IMG/VR virus record: IMGVR_UViG_3300025319_000005
Coordinates: 1-64,000 of that record
Strand: one strand, 5' to 3'
DNA length: 64,000 nt
The position numbers and the translations under genes were made by a program. This document shows positions 54,241 to 64,000 of the stretch, piece by piece; position 1 is the stretch's first letter, and the number at the start of each line of letters is the position of its first letter. The notes under the pieces were generated by a model that saw only the letters and a list, made by a program, of their open reading frames with translations, was not told the DNA's origin and made no database searches.

Positions 54241-55174
54241 GATTTTAGATTTATATTTCGTATATCAATAATTTTTAAAAAACGGTTTGAGAAACGCCAG
54301 GTCAAAAAAAATCCCTGGCAGAAATTACCAGAGAAAAAGTATCATATATCAGGATTTTACATTTAGATTAGTATGAGTATCAGGATTTTACGCTCTTGAG
54401 TCGAGTTCCTTTTTAATTTTAGCAGCTTCTTCGAAGGCTTCAGTTGAGACCATTATGTTCATGTGACGTATTAGTTTGTCTGTGGAAATGTTTTTATAAT
54501 CAAATGCGTTGATTTGTAATTGGTCGGTATCACGATATAATAGATTATCTATTTCATTATCTTCCGGGTCTTCGTCATCATAATACTCATCTTCTTCGCT
54601 TCCATCTTTAGAAGGTTCACCTGGTTGTAATCCAAAGTTTATCTCCTTCATACCTATATCTATAAGTATTTGGCGTCCTAATTGTGGTTCTTTATTATAT
54701 TCGTATGTAGACTCAGCGAGTTCAGAAAAACCTTCCGGAAGTATTCCGTCAGCTATTCCGGATTCGTCTGATAGGCATCCTTGGGAATCGTAATAGGTAC
54801 GTGGAGTGATTAGAAAAAAATAATCTCCATCATTATTTGATAATTGAAAATAAAAATCTGATGCTTTCATGTAAGATTAAACGGAAAATCCTGCAATTTG
54901 TTTCTTTAGCTTTTCCTCTCCCTTAGTTTTAATATCGCTTCTCCCTATAAATTTCCTATTAGTCATTGTTTTATTTTCTTTCTTTTCAGATTGTGTAACT
55001 TTTTTGCTTGGAGTGAGGTTGTTATTAAACTTATCTTCTGCAGGCGTTTCTGGTTTATGTTTCTTATTATCAATGATATAACAGTCCCAACAACAGTATA
55101 AGTTTCTCCCTGATTTAACCGGTTTTCCACAAGCTGAATTGTGACAGGTTGGAATTATTTTGTCTAATGCTTTC

Positions 55175-56158
55175 TTATATTTTTTTGAGTTCTTCTGTTT
55201 GGTTTTGGTTTCCATTGTCGGTGGTAATAATTGGTTTTTTGGTTATATTAAATAGGAACTTGGTAAAGTTTTCCATGTCTGTCCCATTACATTTTTCTAT
55301 AGTATCATCTATTGAGTGACAGATTCTCCATGTGTCATGTTTTTTCATATCGTATTCAGGAAGGATTCCTATACAAAGTACTGGATATTTGTATCTACGA
55401 AATGCGATAGCATCACTTGGTGGGGTTCTTAATTTTTGGATGTTATGTCCTAGGGTTGTTTCTAATGAGATATGAAGCTCGTCTTCTGATTTATTTTTCT
55501 CACAGTCTGACCAGATTATTGTCCCGTTACCGGTAAGCTCTAAATTAATAACAGCGGATATTTCTCCGTATATTTCATGAGAAATGTTTCTACTTCCTTT
55601 TATAGATGAAGATTTTTTAGCGAATCTGTTGGCTCCTTTTGCACTTATCTCTTCGGAATCTGAGAAAAGTATAATGGTTCTTTGATGTTCATCTTTGGAT
55701 GTTTTAATTAGAGATGAGAGCCTGAGAAGATTACAGACGCTGGCAGAATTGTCTTGTGCGTTTTGGCTATGAACGTTCATGACGTCATGGTGTGCACAAA
55801 AAACAATAGCTGGACCGGTTACTTGAGGATTTGGTTCAGCAATTATATTAACAAGCTTGTGACTCGAGTAGCTACTATTTCCCCAAGTGATGTCGTTCCC
55901 TCCTTGGGCTTCGAAAATATCTAATGAGTATTTTACACCAAGTTTGTTAAGTGTGTCTATAATATACATCGCACGGTTAGTTATAGGATTGGGCTGAGGT
56001 ATATTAGCAGAATAAAGATTATGAACTGATGATAAGTCAACCAAAAATTCATATGATGTGTTAGATTTCTCGAGTGCAGCTAATTGCTGGAGAAAAAACA
56101 GATTTCTCCAGTTTTCTTCGAATTCATAATCATCATATTTATATTCCTGGTCTTTCAT
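55175..56158 (-). CDS. M28-family metallopeptidase
   Basis: AHHD, AQDNSASV, FSDSEE, INLE, SD, H...D Zn-ligand order; host-type promoter box upstream. Confidence 0.85.
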   Translation of the reverse strand: MKDQEYKYDDYEFEENWRNLFFLQQLAALEKSNTSYEFLVDLSSVHNLYSANIPQPNPITNRAMYIIDTLNKLGVKYSLDIFEAQGGNDITWGNSSYSSHKLVNIIAEPNPQVTGPAIVFCAHHDVMNVHSQNAQDNSASVCNLLRLSSLIKTSKDEHQRTIILFSDSEEISAKGANRFAKKSSSIKGSRNISHEIYGEISAVINLELTGNGTIIWSDCEKNKSEDELHISLETTLGHNIQKLRTPPSDAIAFRRYKYPVLCIGILPEYDMKKHDTWRICHSIDDTIEKCNGTDMENFTKFLFNITKKPIITTDNGNQNQTEELKKI

Positions 56159-57236
56159 ACGTTTGCAAATGTAGTAAATAATTATTTAGTTTAAACAAAA
56201 AGTCCAGTGATTATAATTTTTCACTGGACTTTCGTAGGGAGAATTAATCCTTCATCTTTTTGACTTTAACCTTTTCTTCGTCATCGTCATTTAAATAATC
56301 TTCCGCATCTTCGGTGTCATGACCATGTTTGTTCAGGCAGAAGAATTCTGGACCAGAACCAACTGCGAATAATCTTTCTACACAGGTTTTTACATCCATT
56401 ATTTCACTATCTGTTGTGATTGTAACGTCTCCAACATTATGACCTTCAGTTATGTCATAATTGATTTTTTCAAGGTCAGTTGAAGAATAAGGCTCCTCAG
56501 ATAAAATTTCAATTTGAACTACCGTCCGGTAGAATTTACGTTTACTTAATGACATGATGTTTTGTTTATTTGTGTTTAATTTATTTTTCTACTTCCTGTT
56601 TATAAATTTCAAGCATTTTATCTATTGCTTTATTCTCAACAGCATTTTTATTTGAGGATTTGTCAAAAATTCCTTTCAGAGCTATCTCTCCAACTTTTTT
56701 GCAAGGATAATATGTATCTTCACCTTTCGCAAGTTTTTCTCCGAACCGGTTTCCTTTTTGAGGCTCTTTTTGAAATCCTTTATACAATTCAAGAACCATT
56801 TTATCAAGATCAATTACATATGCGTATTCGCAAAAAAGAGAGTCTTTAATAAAATTAGTTCCATCCAGCATATGCTCAACTTTTCCTGACATTATTTCCG
56901 GTATATATTTTGCACCTTGTAATTCTCTTAATAAGGCATACCATTCTTCTGATTTGCCGGTTGATACACCACTATTAAAAAACTTATTGTATTTTTCCTG
57001 AATTAACTTTGATGGCTTTTTATTTTCATCTACAAGTTCAACTTTTTTACAATTCTTTTTGAACTGGTCCCAGCCATTGATTTCATCAATTTTCTGCAAT
57101 TCTATTACAACTTCTTCACCAACACCGCCGTCTGGATATCCATCAAATTGATTGTAAAATCCTTTGGCTTTTTCATCCTCAATGATTATAACTGCGCTTC
57201 TTGTTCCCATTTTATTTATGTGTTTTGGTTTATTTT

Positions 57237-57273
57237 ATAATGTACTATACGAAAATTAAATTAAGGTGTTACA
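57237..57273 (-). promoter_or_regulatory. ECF-type phage promoter copy 17
   Basis: Consensus match upstream of 57210. Confidence 0.8.
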
Positions 57274-57941
57274 AAATCAGAAGTAATGGGTGCGATTTTT
57301 TTGGTTATCGTTATCATTTATTTTGTGCAGTGAACCACTACTACATCTCACGTACTTCTTTTTTTAGTTGTTATTAAATTGATACTCAACATCTTCCTCG
57401 TCATAGAAAAATCCTTGATGTTCACAATCTTCCGGGTAAGGTAAAGAATCCCAAACTTTCTTCCAATTTTCTTTTGAAGGGAGATTCTCGACAAGTTTAG
57501 GAACTTTAAAGCCTCTATTTGCTACAACTGTTAAATTACATCCTCCATAGTCTTTCCATCCTTCTTTTATAAGTTGGTTTGCGGTTTTTCCTCCTTGAGA
57601 TGAAATTGGAGTCTCATAATTGTGAAAATCTTTTATATAAGCCAATTTAACTTTTCCATCTGTGATACCTCTTTCTGTAATTTTGCCGGAGAACACTTTT
57701 TTTCTTATATCGTCTGAGTTTTTACCGGTGATTCCATTCATTTCTCCAATGAGTGTATAAATATCTTTACCTCCAAACTCACCATAACCTCCATAATCTT
57801 CTTCTGTAAAAACCTGACCATCTTCTGTGATCATATGAACTTTAAAAGTTTCTCTAATTGATCCGGCATTAGGAATACTCTTTTGAGTATCCGATGTTTT
57901 AAAACTGAAATATCCCATAATATGTTTTTGTTTTTGATTTA

Positions 57942-57978
57942 TAATGTGCTATACAAATTTTAAATGAGAGGTGTTACA
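57942..57978 (-). promoter_or_regulatory. ECF-type phage promoter copy 18
   Basis: Consensus; encodes the VTPLI* end of ORF 57960-58967. Confidence 0.8.
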
Positions 57979-59193
57979 ACTTTGGATAATTTATTCGCAA
58001 ATACTTCATTGATTATTTCTTCAATGTATTCTTCTTCTTTTGTTAATGTTTCTTTACCGGATAGTTTTTGTTTGGCAACAATAAGCTTTTTTAAGTGTTC
58101 TTTGCTATTGTATTTTCCACCAATAGGGAGAAGTATGCCGAATCCTCCAAAAAGTATTTCTAATTCGTGTGTTGAACTCATTGTTCCTTCGTGAAATGAA
58201 GCTCCGTAAAGAATACAACAATTATATATTCCATTTAGATAATTCTCAATAGAAATCTTTTGTTCTTTTTTTGTACTTCCCTCAAGAGAATCTCCAAAGT
58301 GTCTTCCGTCAGAAGATGAAATCCAATTAAACATTCTATGGGAAGGAATCCCTCTTTTTCTTAATCCGGCTTCAATTTGTTTATCATTTACTGCAGTTCT
58401 CCCTGAAGAATGTCCAATCCATCCGTGAGCATATCCTTTTGAAACGTATTCTTTTAATTTTGGTGAGTTAAAAACTTCATCTGAAAACCCACCTTGATAT
58501 AATTTCGGATTTGCCGTTAAAATATCTAAATCCATCCAAAGAACCAATTTTTGTTTCTTTGCTTCCTTTTGAGATTTAATTTTTTCTCTTTCCCAGAAAG
58601 CTTTTTGTGCTGGTATGTTTCTGTCTTTTTTAAAACCTTTATCGTAATAGGATTTTACAAGAGAAATGAACTCTGAAGTGCTTTGAAACTCAGCATCCCG
58701 TCCGAATATCTTATTACTATGTAACCCTTTGTTATAGAACGTTTTATCAGCCTCAAGGTAAAATCCTACATATTTTGAGTCACCGTATATTTCAGCTATT
58801 GTTTCTCCGTTAAGTCCTGGAAATTTTTTGGATACGATTATTGAATTCAGTTCTATTTTGAAATCAATTTCTTTTGTATCGGTAACAATAACAAGAAATT
58901 CATCCATAGATGATGAAGACGCGAAACAAGAGTGAATGTGTTTAGTTATTACGATTGGCTTTTTCATTGTGTTTAGTTTTTAACCGGTTTGAATTCACAA
59001 AAATCTTCAAGGTCTCTTAAATCAATTCGACCAAATTTGACTGAGCTATAATAGCCTTGTCTTTCAAATCTCTTAACCCAATTTTTAAAAGCTTCAAGAG
59101 TTGCTTTTAACCCTGTGTATGTTTTACCCATATCAATAGAGATTCCATCTGGGGAGATTACATCATATTTTTTTGAGTTTTCCATTGTTTTCA

Positions 59194-59230
59194 TAATGTA
59201 CTATACGAATTTTAAATCTTAGGTGTTACA
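59194..59230 (-). promoter_or_regulatory. ECF-type phage promoter copy 19, abutting a start codon
   Basis: The motif's last A is the A of the ATG at 59194. Confidence 0.8.
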
Positions 59231-59531
59231 CTTTTAATGAATGTTTGTAACAAAATAGTTATAAACTTGTTACAAAACTACAACCAACCTTCTTTAAATT
59301 TTTCAGGCTTACCTTCTGTTATTCTCCATTTTTCAAACCATTCACCCCATTCTCCCCTTCTTGTTCTTGTGATTGTTACTTCATTATCATCCACAGTATT
59401 TTCCTCAATAAGACTTTTTAAATTCTTTTTGAGCTCTTGGTATGTTTTGAAGCTTTTATATTCTGCTGAAACATAGAAACTTTTTCTTACCCAGCAACCT
59501 GGTTTTTTACCTCTTCTTCTTTGTTGTGCCA

Positions 59532-60326
59532 TTATGCTGCTTTTTTAAGTTTAATGATAATTGACTTTGAAACTTCATTGGATTTTACGTTTGTTTTAAT
59601 TGCAAAGCCAGTTTTAAAAGCAAGTGAATTATCAAATCCTTTGAAAATTACTTTCTTATATCTCAAGCCAACAATAACTCCTTTTGGATCTAAGTGTCTT
59701 AAGTCATTTATATCGCCATCAATTACTTTATATCCCAAATGTGATTTAGGAACAACATCAAACACCATTGCAACATTCACTTTATTTCTAAGCATATCCA
59801 TAGCAATGGAATCATTTGTTTCTGACCGGCTGAAAACTAAGTTATAGTTTTTAGGGAGAACTGAATTAAACCTTGTATGATTTTTTGTATAATCATAGAA
59901 AATTACTTTTGGAAACAATTGAAAAATGTTTTTCCCATCTTTGATTTTAAGTTTTTCATAAGGGATATCAGAAGTTCCATTTAGCCGAATGACAAAGTTT
60001 CCTCCTTCAATTTTGTGTTTTACTTCTATCTGAGCTATTTCAGAATAAAGCGTTTTAAGAAATAGGGGTTGGTCGTGTAGAAATAATTCAGTTTTATTCG
60101 TTCTCCCCTTTTGAACTTGTGTTAATCCACCTTTACCGGAACCATATAAACACGACTTTGAACATCCTGCCGTTGCCATAGGACAAACAGTTTTACCTAA
60201 ACTATTTTGTTTATGGGGAGAAAGATATAAAATATATGTTTTCCAACCTAATTTTTCTCCCTTCATCGTTTTTATGTTTCGGGTAGTTAATAAAGAATTT
60301 GGAATGTAATATGGCAAAGTTTCCAT
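59532..60326 (-). CDS. Gp88-like phage protein
   Basis: ILYLSP...CPMA..GC...CL..SG.G; RLNGTSDI; FYDYTK; GD.NDLRHLDP.G.IVGL.YK. Confidence 0.75.
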   Translation of the reverse strand: METLPYYIPNSLLTTRNIKTMKGEKLGWKTYILYLSPHKQNSLGKTVCPMATAGCSKSCLYGSGKGGLTQVQKGRTNKTELFLHDQPLFLKTLYSEIAQIEVKHKIEGGNFVIRLNGTSDIPYEKLKIKDGKNIFQLFPKVIFYDYTKNHTRFNSVLPKNYNLVFSRSETNDSIAMDMLRNKVNVAMVFDVVPKSHLGYKVIDGDINDLRHLDPKGVIVGLRYKKVIFKGFDNSLAFKTGFAIKTNVKSNEVSKSIIIKLKKAA

Positions 60327-60372
60327 AGATAAATAGTTTAATTGGTTTGTAATGTGATATTTTGTTTATTTA

Positions 60373-60409
60373 TAATGCACTATACAAAATTAAATTGAGA
60401 CACGTTACA
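60373..60409 (-). promoter_or_regulatory. ECF-type phage promoter copy 20
   Basis: TGTAAC-N17-TGTATAGTGCATTA. Confidence 0.75.
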
Positions 60410-60600
60410 ATTATTTAAACAAACGTAATGTTTTATATAATTCTCCAATCTGAGCTTTTAGAATACGTTGTTCGTGTGCAATAGTATTTATTTGACGCTT
60501 ATTTGCGGAAAGTTTATTCTGAGCAGTTAATAACTCTCTGGAAACCATTTGCTTACACTTGTCGAAAACTTCTTTCTTTACATTCATTTTGTTCAGGATT

Positions 60601-61068
60601 TTACCGGTTTATTTTTGGTGGAGTTGTTTTAAAAGCTTTTTTATATATTTCTTTTGCTTGTTTCCAATCCTCTGCACCTCCGTCACATGAAATTTCAGTT
60701 TGTGGAAAATGGTGTTTTAATCTTAACATTGAAATTTTAACCATTAAATCGTATGGTTTACGTGCACTTTTACAGAACTCAAATATTAGTCCATTTTCTG
60801 CACGTCCTTCACTCTGTCTTTCTATCACAAAAGTTTCGTGGCTCATATCATCTTTGTTTTCGCCGTTGAATATAATAATATCATCGGTAAATTTAGGTTC
60901 TCCGGTTCCATCTCCGCCGGCCAATACAATTGATTTATCAATTTGATAATCAGCTGATTTTGAGCGGTCTGGTAAAAGTCCGGCTACTGTTTTTAATTCC
61001 TCTGATAGAATTTTGAATTTTTCGCTGTCCAGTTTTGCTGGAGTTTTGTAGTAGTTCGTATATCCGAT
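60601..61068 (-). CDS. Conserved-looking phage protein, probably longer than the track ORF and beginning at an ATC
   Basis: Frame open from ATC-GGA-TAT-ACG (xGYTNYY) to ...FCKSARKPYD; no in-frame ATG before the TTG at 60924. Confidence 0.5.
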   Translation of the reverse strand: MGYTNYYKTPAKLDSEKFKILSEELKTVAGLLPDRSKSADYQIDKSIVLAGGDGTGEPKFTDDIIIFNGENKDDMSHETFVIERQSEGRAENGLIFEFCKSARKPYDLMVKISMLRLKHHFPQTEISCDGGAEDWKQAKEIYKKAFKTTPPKINR

Positions 61069-61118
61069 AATTTCTAACGCCCTTTTGGGTGCGCCCTCAT
61101 TTAGTTAATACTGATTTA

Positions 61119-61155
61119 TAATGTACTATACAGAATTTAATTGATAGGTGTTACA
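61119..61155 (-). promoter_or_regulatory. ECF-type phage promoter copy 21
   Basis: Consensus match. Confidence 0.8.
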
Positions 61156-61226
61156 AAAACAGAAAACAAACATATCTGGTGTAAAATCCTAAAGCAAATA
61201 TATATACGCAAATTAAAACTATATTT

Positions 61227-61281
61227 CTGTCACTAATTAATTCTTTTCGTGACAGGAAATGAATTGGATTTTACGTATATC
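61227..61281 (-). repeat. Second copy of the CTGTCAC/GTGACAG hairpin element
   Basis: Reverse complement matches 54184-54240; flanked by GTAAAATCCT at 61181 and 61290. Confidence 0.75.
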
Positions 61282-61399
61282 CTTATTAGGTAAAATCCTT
61301 CAGCTGGTGCCTGCTGGCCAGGGATTTGGATTTGAGTTAAAAAGAAAAGAGCCGAACATTTAATGCCCGGCTCTAAGCTCGTCGTGTTTAAATAGGATT

Positions 61400-61591
61400 T
61401 TACTTCTTTGCAGATGTAGTATCCACTTTTACTTTAGTAGAATCAACAGCACCAGTGCTACCTGTTGATACAGGAGCTACAATAATGGTGCTATCAACTG
61501 CTGTTGCTGTTACTTCTTCAGTCTTAGCGGTGTTGCAAGAGGAAAAAATAAACGCTGCTAAAACGGCTGTTAATATCAATGTTTTTTTCAT
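61400..61591 (-). CDS. Small Thr/Ser/Val-rich lipoprotein
   Basis: MKKTLILTAVLAAFIFSSC lipobox. Confidence 0.6.
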   Translation of the reverse strand: MKKTLILTAVLAAFIFSSCNTAKTEEVTATAVDSTIIVAPVSTGSTGAVDSTKVKVDTTSAKK

Positions 61592-61914
61592 GGCTGTAAA
61601 TATAGATTAAAAAACAAAAAATCCAAGATTAACTCCCGGATTTTTTATTAACAATTTGTTCGATAAATTAGAATATTTCTTTTAAGGTTTTAAATCCAAG
61701 ACTATCATCAACTTTGATAGATATTTCTTCGATTTCACTATCTGGATTTATTTCAGCTTTTACGTGGTACATGAACTCGATAAGAGCTGTGAACGTATCC
61801 AAGTCCATTTGCTTTACATCATTAATTATGCGTTCTTCCATTTCTGCCACCGAAGTAGTTGCGCTTGCAGTGTCTACACTTAGTTTGTCCATGAGATATT
61901 TTGTTTTTGATTTG

Positions 61915-61949
61915 TAATGTACTACAAAATTAAATTCTTTGGTGTTATA
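61915..61949 (-). promoter_or_regulatory. ECF-type phage promoter copy 22 (degenerate, 2 nt short)
   Basis: TATAACACC...GTAGTACATTA. Confidence 0.5.
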
Positions 61950-62435
61950 TTTTAATTCATCGTTATCATTACATAATCAGTATCAACCAATTGAGCGAGC
62001 TCATTTATTTGATTAATTACTTTTTTAGGAACAAGCTCATACAATTTGCCTTTTAATTCACTTTTTTCTACTTCTGCAATTTCTCCTGAAATTTCTGCAA
62101 ATATATCACCCTGAAATATACGCTCACTCATATCGGTAACATCTTTAAATGCTTCACGACCTTTTAAAAGTTTAACTACATCATCCAGTAAAACATTTTC
62201 CGGCATGGTCATAATTGACATTTTGTGCATTGATTTTAATATATTATGCTTAACAAGTTCTATTTCCCCGCCAAATGCTCTTGCTTTTTTAATAGCTTCT
62301 CCCCTTGTGTATTCTTGTATTACTCCATAAGATGCTAAATATCCATTTCGTTTTTGGTCAGCTCTTGCATGGTTGTTTTCTTTTAAAACAACTCTGTATA
62401 ATTTCTTTTCCATGAGATATTTTGTTTTTTGGTTA

Positions 62436-62472
62436 TGATGTACTATACAATATTTAATTCTTTGGTGTTACA
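62436..62472 (-). promoter_or_regulatory. ECF-type phage promoter copy 23
   Basis: Consensus; the TAA of TGTAAC is the stop of ORF 62468-62704. Confidence 0.8.
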
Positions 62473-63134
62473 AGGCAGTTATTAAAAATTTAGCTATGGC
62501 TTCCAATTCTTCTGCATGAATTAAAATCGAGCCATTACCTTCTGCTTTATCTACTTCCAAGCCAGTAGAACTTAAATGTCCTATTCGACTTCGTTGTCCA
62601 TCAATTGTTCTGAATATCCAGAAGTTTCCAACACCATCATCAATAAATTCAAGTTTATGATTTTTGAATACAGGGTTTTCTATTATTTTGGTTATTGTTT
62701 TCATGGCTTATTTTCTTTCGTTGATTACCTGATAAATTAAATCCTCAACCACAAGACTCCAATTTGCTGTTTCATCCTGGTTTTGAGCTGCCGGATACCT
62801 TTTTAATACTTCTTGAATTTCCGCGTCAGTCAGTTCTTTTTTTAATGAATCGGCGATTGTTTCGACATCTAAGTCAATTATTTCGTTTTCCATGTTGTTA
62901 AGGTATTGAAATTATAACTTTTGCTTCAGGGAGAAACTGAGGCGTTACTTCAACTTTGGTTGTGTAAAATTCAGCATCATCAGGAGCAAGTCCTTGATGG
63001 TCAGCAACATCCTGCAACCCTCCTGCAATGTTGTTAGTAATTGTTTTTATATCTTCATCAGATGTGATTTTATCTGAAAAGGTAAGTGTTACTAAAAATG
63101 TGTGTGTCTTACTCATGGCGTTATGTTTTGTTTA

Positions 63135-63171
63135 CAATGTACTATACAAGAAATAATTGAATGGTGTTACA
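63135..63171 (-). promoter_or_regulatory. ECF-type phage promoter copy 24
   Basis: Identical to copy 25 over more than 40 bp. Confidence 0.8.
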
Positions 63172-63378
63172 AATATTATTCGACTTGTAAAATCCTATCA
63201 AGAATCATTCTCTCAACATTCCCATTCTTTATTTTGTTCGCCCACATACCGGCAATTGCTATAAACTCATCCAATGTATCGGCTTCATCAATTTCTTCTG
63301 TTATTTGTTCTAAATCATCTCCCTCTAAGGTGATGGATTTTTTGTATTCTGATTTCAATTTGTCTAATGTCATAGCGT

Positions 63379-63555
63379 TTAGTTTTTTACGTTAATTTCA
63401 GTCATTAATATAAAGTCTTCAAGTTCAGCTCCGTCAAGTGATTTACCACCGTCAGCATAAAATGAAGCAAGCATCATTTCACTTAACTCTTTGAGTTTTG
63501 TTGCAATTTCAACGGCTGTTCCACTTCCTGTTATTTTAATTTCTAATTCTTCCAT
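63379..63555 (-). CDS. 58-aa protein (below track cutoff)
   Basis: MEELEIKITGSGTAVEIATKLKELSEMM...INVKN*, directly after promoter copy 25. Confidence 0.6.
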   Translation of the reverse strand: MEELEIKITGSGTAVEIATKLKELSEMMLASFYADGGKSLDGAELEDFILMTEINVKN

Positions 63556-63574
63556 GATATTTTGTTTTTGTTTA

Positions 63575-63611
63575 CAATGTACTATACAAGAAATAATTGA
63601 ATGGTGTTACA
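63575..63611 (-). promoter_or_regulatory. ECF-type phage promoter copy 25
   Basis: TGTAACACCATTCAATTATTTCTTGTATAGTACATTG. Confidence 0.8.
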
Positions 63612-64000
63612 GATACGTGAATATATTTGTTACGCTTCCACCGCAATTTTACTGTTTTCTATTCGGGCGTTTTTCATTTCCTCCCTGTTTTGTGGGAAAA
63701 TATCCCCAAGTTCCTCAACAGTTAAAGTTTTAAATCCTTTAAAACGTTCAAGAAATTTTTTATTGATTGAAATGTTTTGTTCAAATTCAATTGGTTTTTT
63801 ATCTTCTTTTGCACTCTTCAATTCATCTTTTGAACAATCGTTTTTGCTTTCAGGATAGTATGCTTTCAAATAAGTAGAAGCATCAACAGGTGTCATACGT
63901 TTTAGTTTTTCAACTGTGCTATCTCCACCGATATTAACAAAGCAGTATTTTGGATTTTTAAGTGTAAAATCCATAATTAACACGCCATCATTATTATCTC

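Larger units (their letters stand above)
1..64000. other. Accessory region of a large (jumbo-type) phage, probable Bacteroidota host
   Basis: Dense co-oriented short ORFs, no cellular housekeeping operons, phage-type genes (GIY-YIG, Gp88-like, WGR-ligase, orphan MTases), tandem paralog expansions, TAnnTTTG boxes just upstream of several starts. Confidence 0.8.

Noticed and set aside
5824-63611. The 37-bp dispersed motif as a CRISPR repeat or a sigma-70 TTGACA/TATAAT promoter
   Set aside because: Spacing between copies is irregular and gene-linked. TTGTAA to TATAGT is 20 nt, too long for sigma-70, while the 17-nt ECF geometry fits
719-63858. Most + strand ORFs in the track (for example 719-907, 1289-1567, 7849-8082, 35279-35551 with repeated CITLQFHMCFQ, 60503-60946)
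   Set aside because: They are antisense shadows of better-supported - strand genes or arrays, with F/L/I/S-rich composition and no motifs
1-64000. Stop-codon reassignment (as in some Bacteroidota phages)
   Set aside because: Genes tile densely under the standard code. The one clear internal stop is TAA, which is also the commonest true terminator here
1-64000. cas genes, tracrRNA or anti-repeat for the arrays
   Set aside because: No ORF shows Cas1, Cas2, Cas9 or HEPN/Cas13 features, and I saw no isolated anti-repeat. They could lie outside the window

Overview
This looks like a 64-kb accessory (hyperplastic) segment of a large AT-rich phage genome (about 25-30% GC by eye). The host is most likely Bacteroidota, judged from TAnnTTTG housekeeping promoter boxes, A-rich starts without Shine-Dalgarno sites, and lipoprotein genes. 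Nearly all real genes are short and lie on the - strand; most + strand ORFs in the track are shadows. Recognisable genes: ECF sigma factor, GIY-YIG nuclease, tyrosine recombinase, three DNA methyltransferases, WGR/ATP-dependent DNA ligase (split), Smr protein, two GNAT genes, an SF2 helicase + PD-(D/E)xK nuclease + MTase cluster, M28 peptidase, Gp88-like protein and a multi-ubiquitin protein ending in GG. Five higher-order structures stand out. (1) Four CRISPR-like arrays (36-nt repeat, 29-30-nt unique spacers) grow out of the 3' end of one paralogous gene family; the repeat is itself coding (LETHxKLEGYTP), so each repeat+spacer adds 22 in-frame residues. No cas genes are present. (2) A peptide tag (T/S)R(K/R)VLxEK occurs in about 39 small proteins from several unrelated families. 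(3) About 25 copies of an ECF-type promoter (TGTAAC-N17-YGTATAGTACATTA) accompany a phage ECF sigma gene. (4) An integron-like array has three attC-like hairpins next to a non-IntI tyrosine recombinase. (5) An AGGATTTTAC 10-mer is heavily clustered in non-coding islands. All calls are by eye; no database searches were run.
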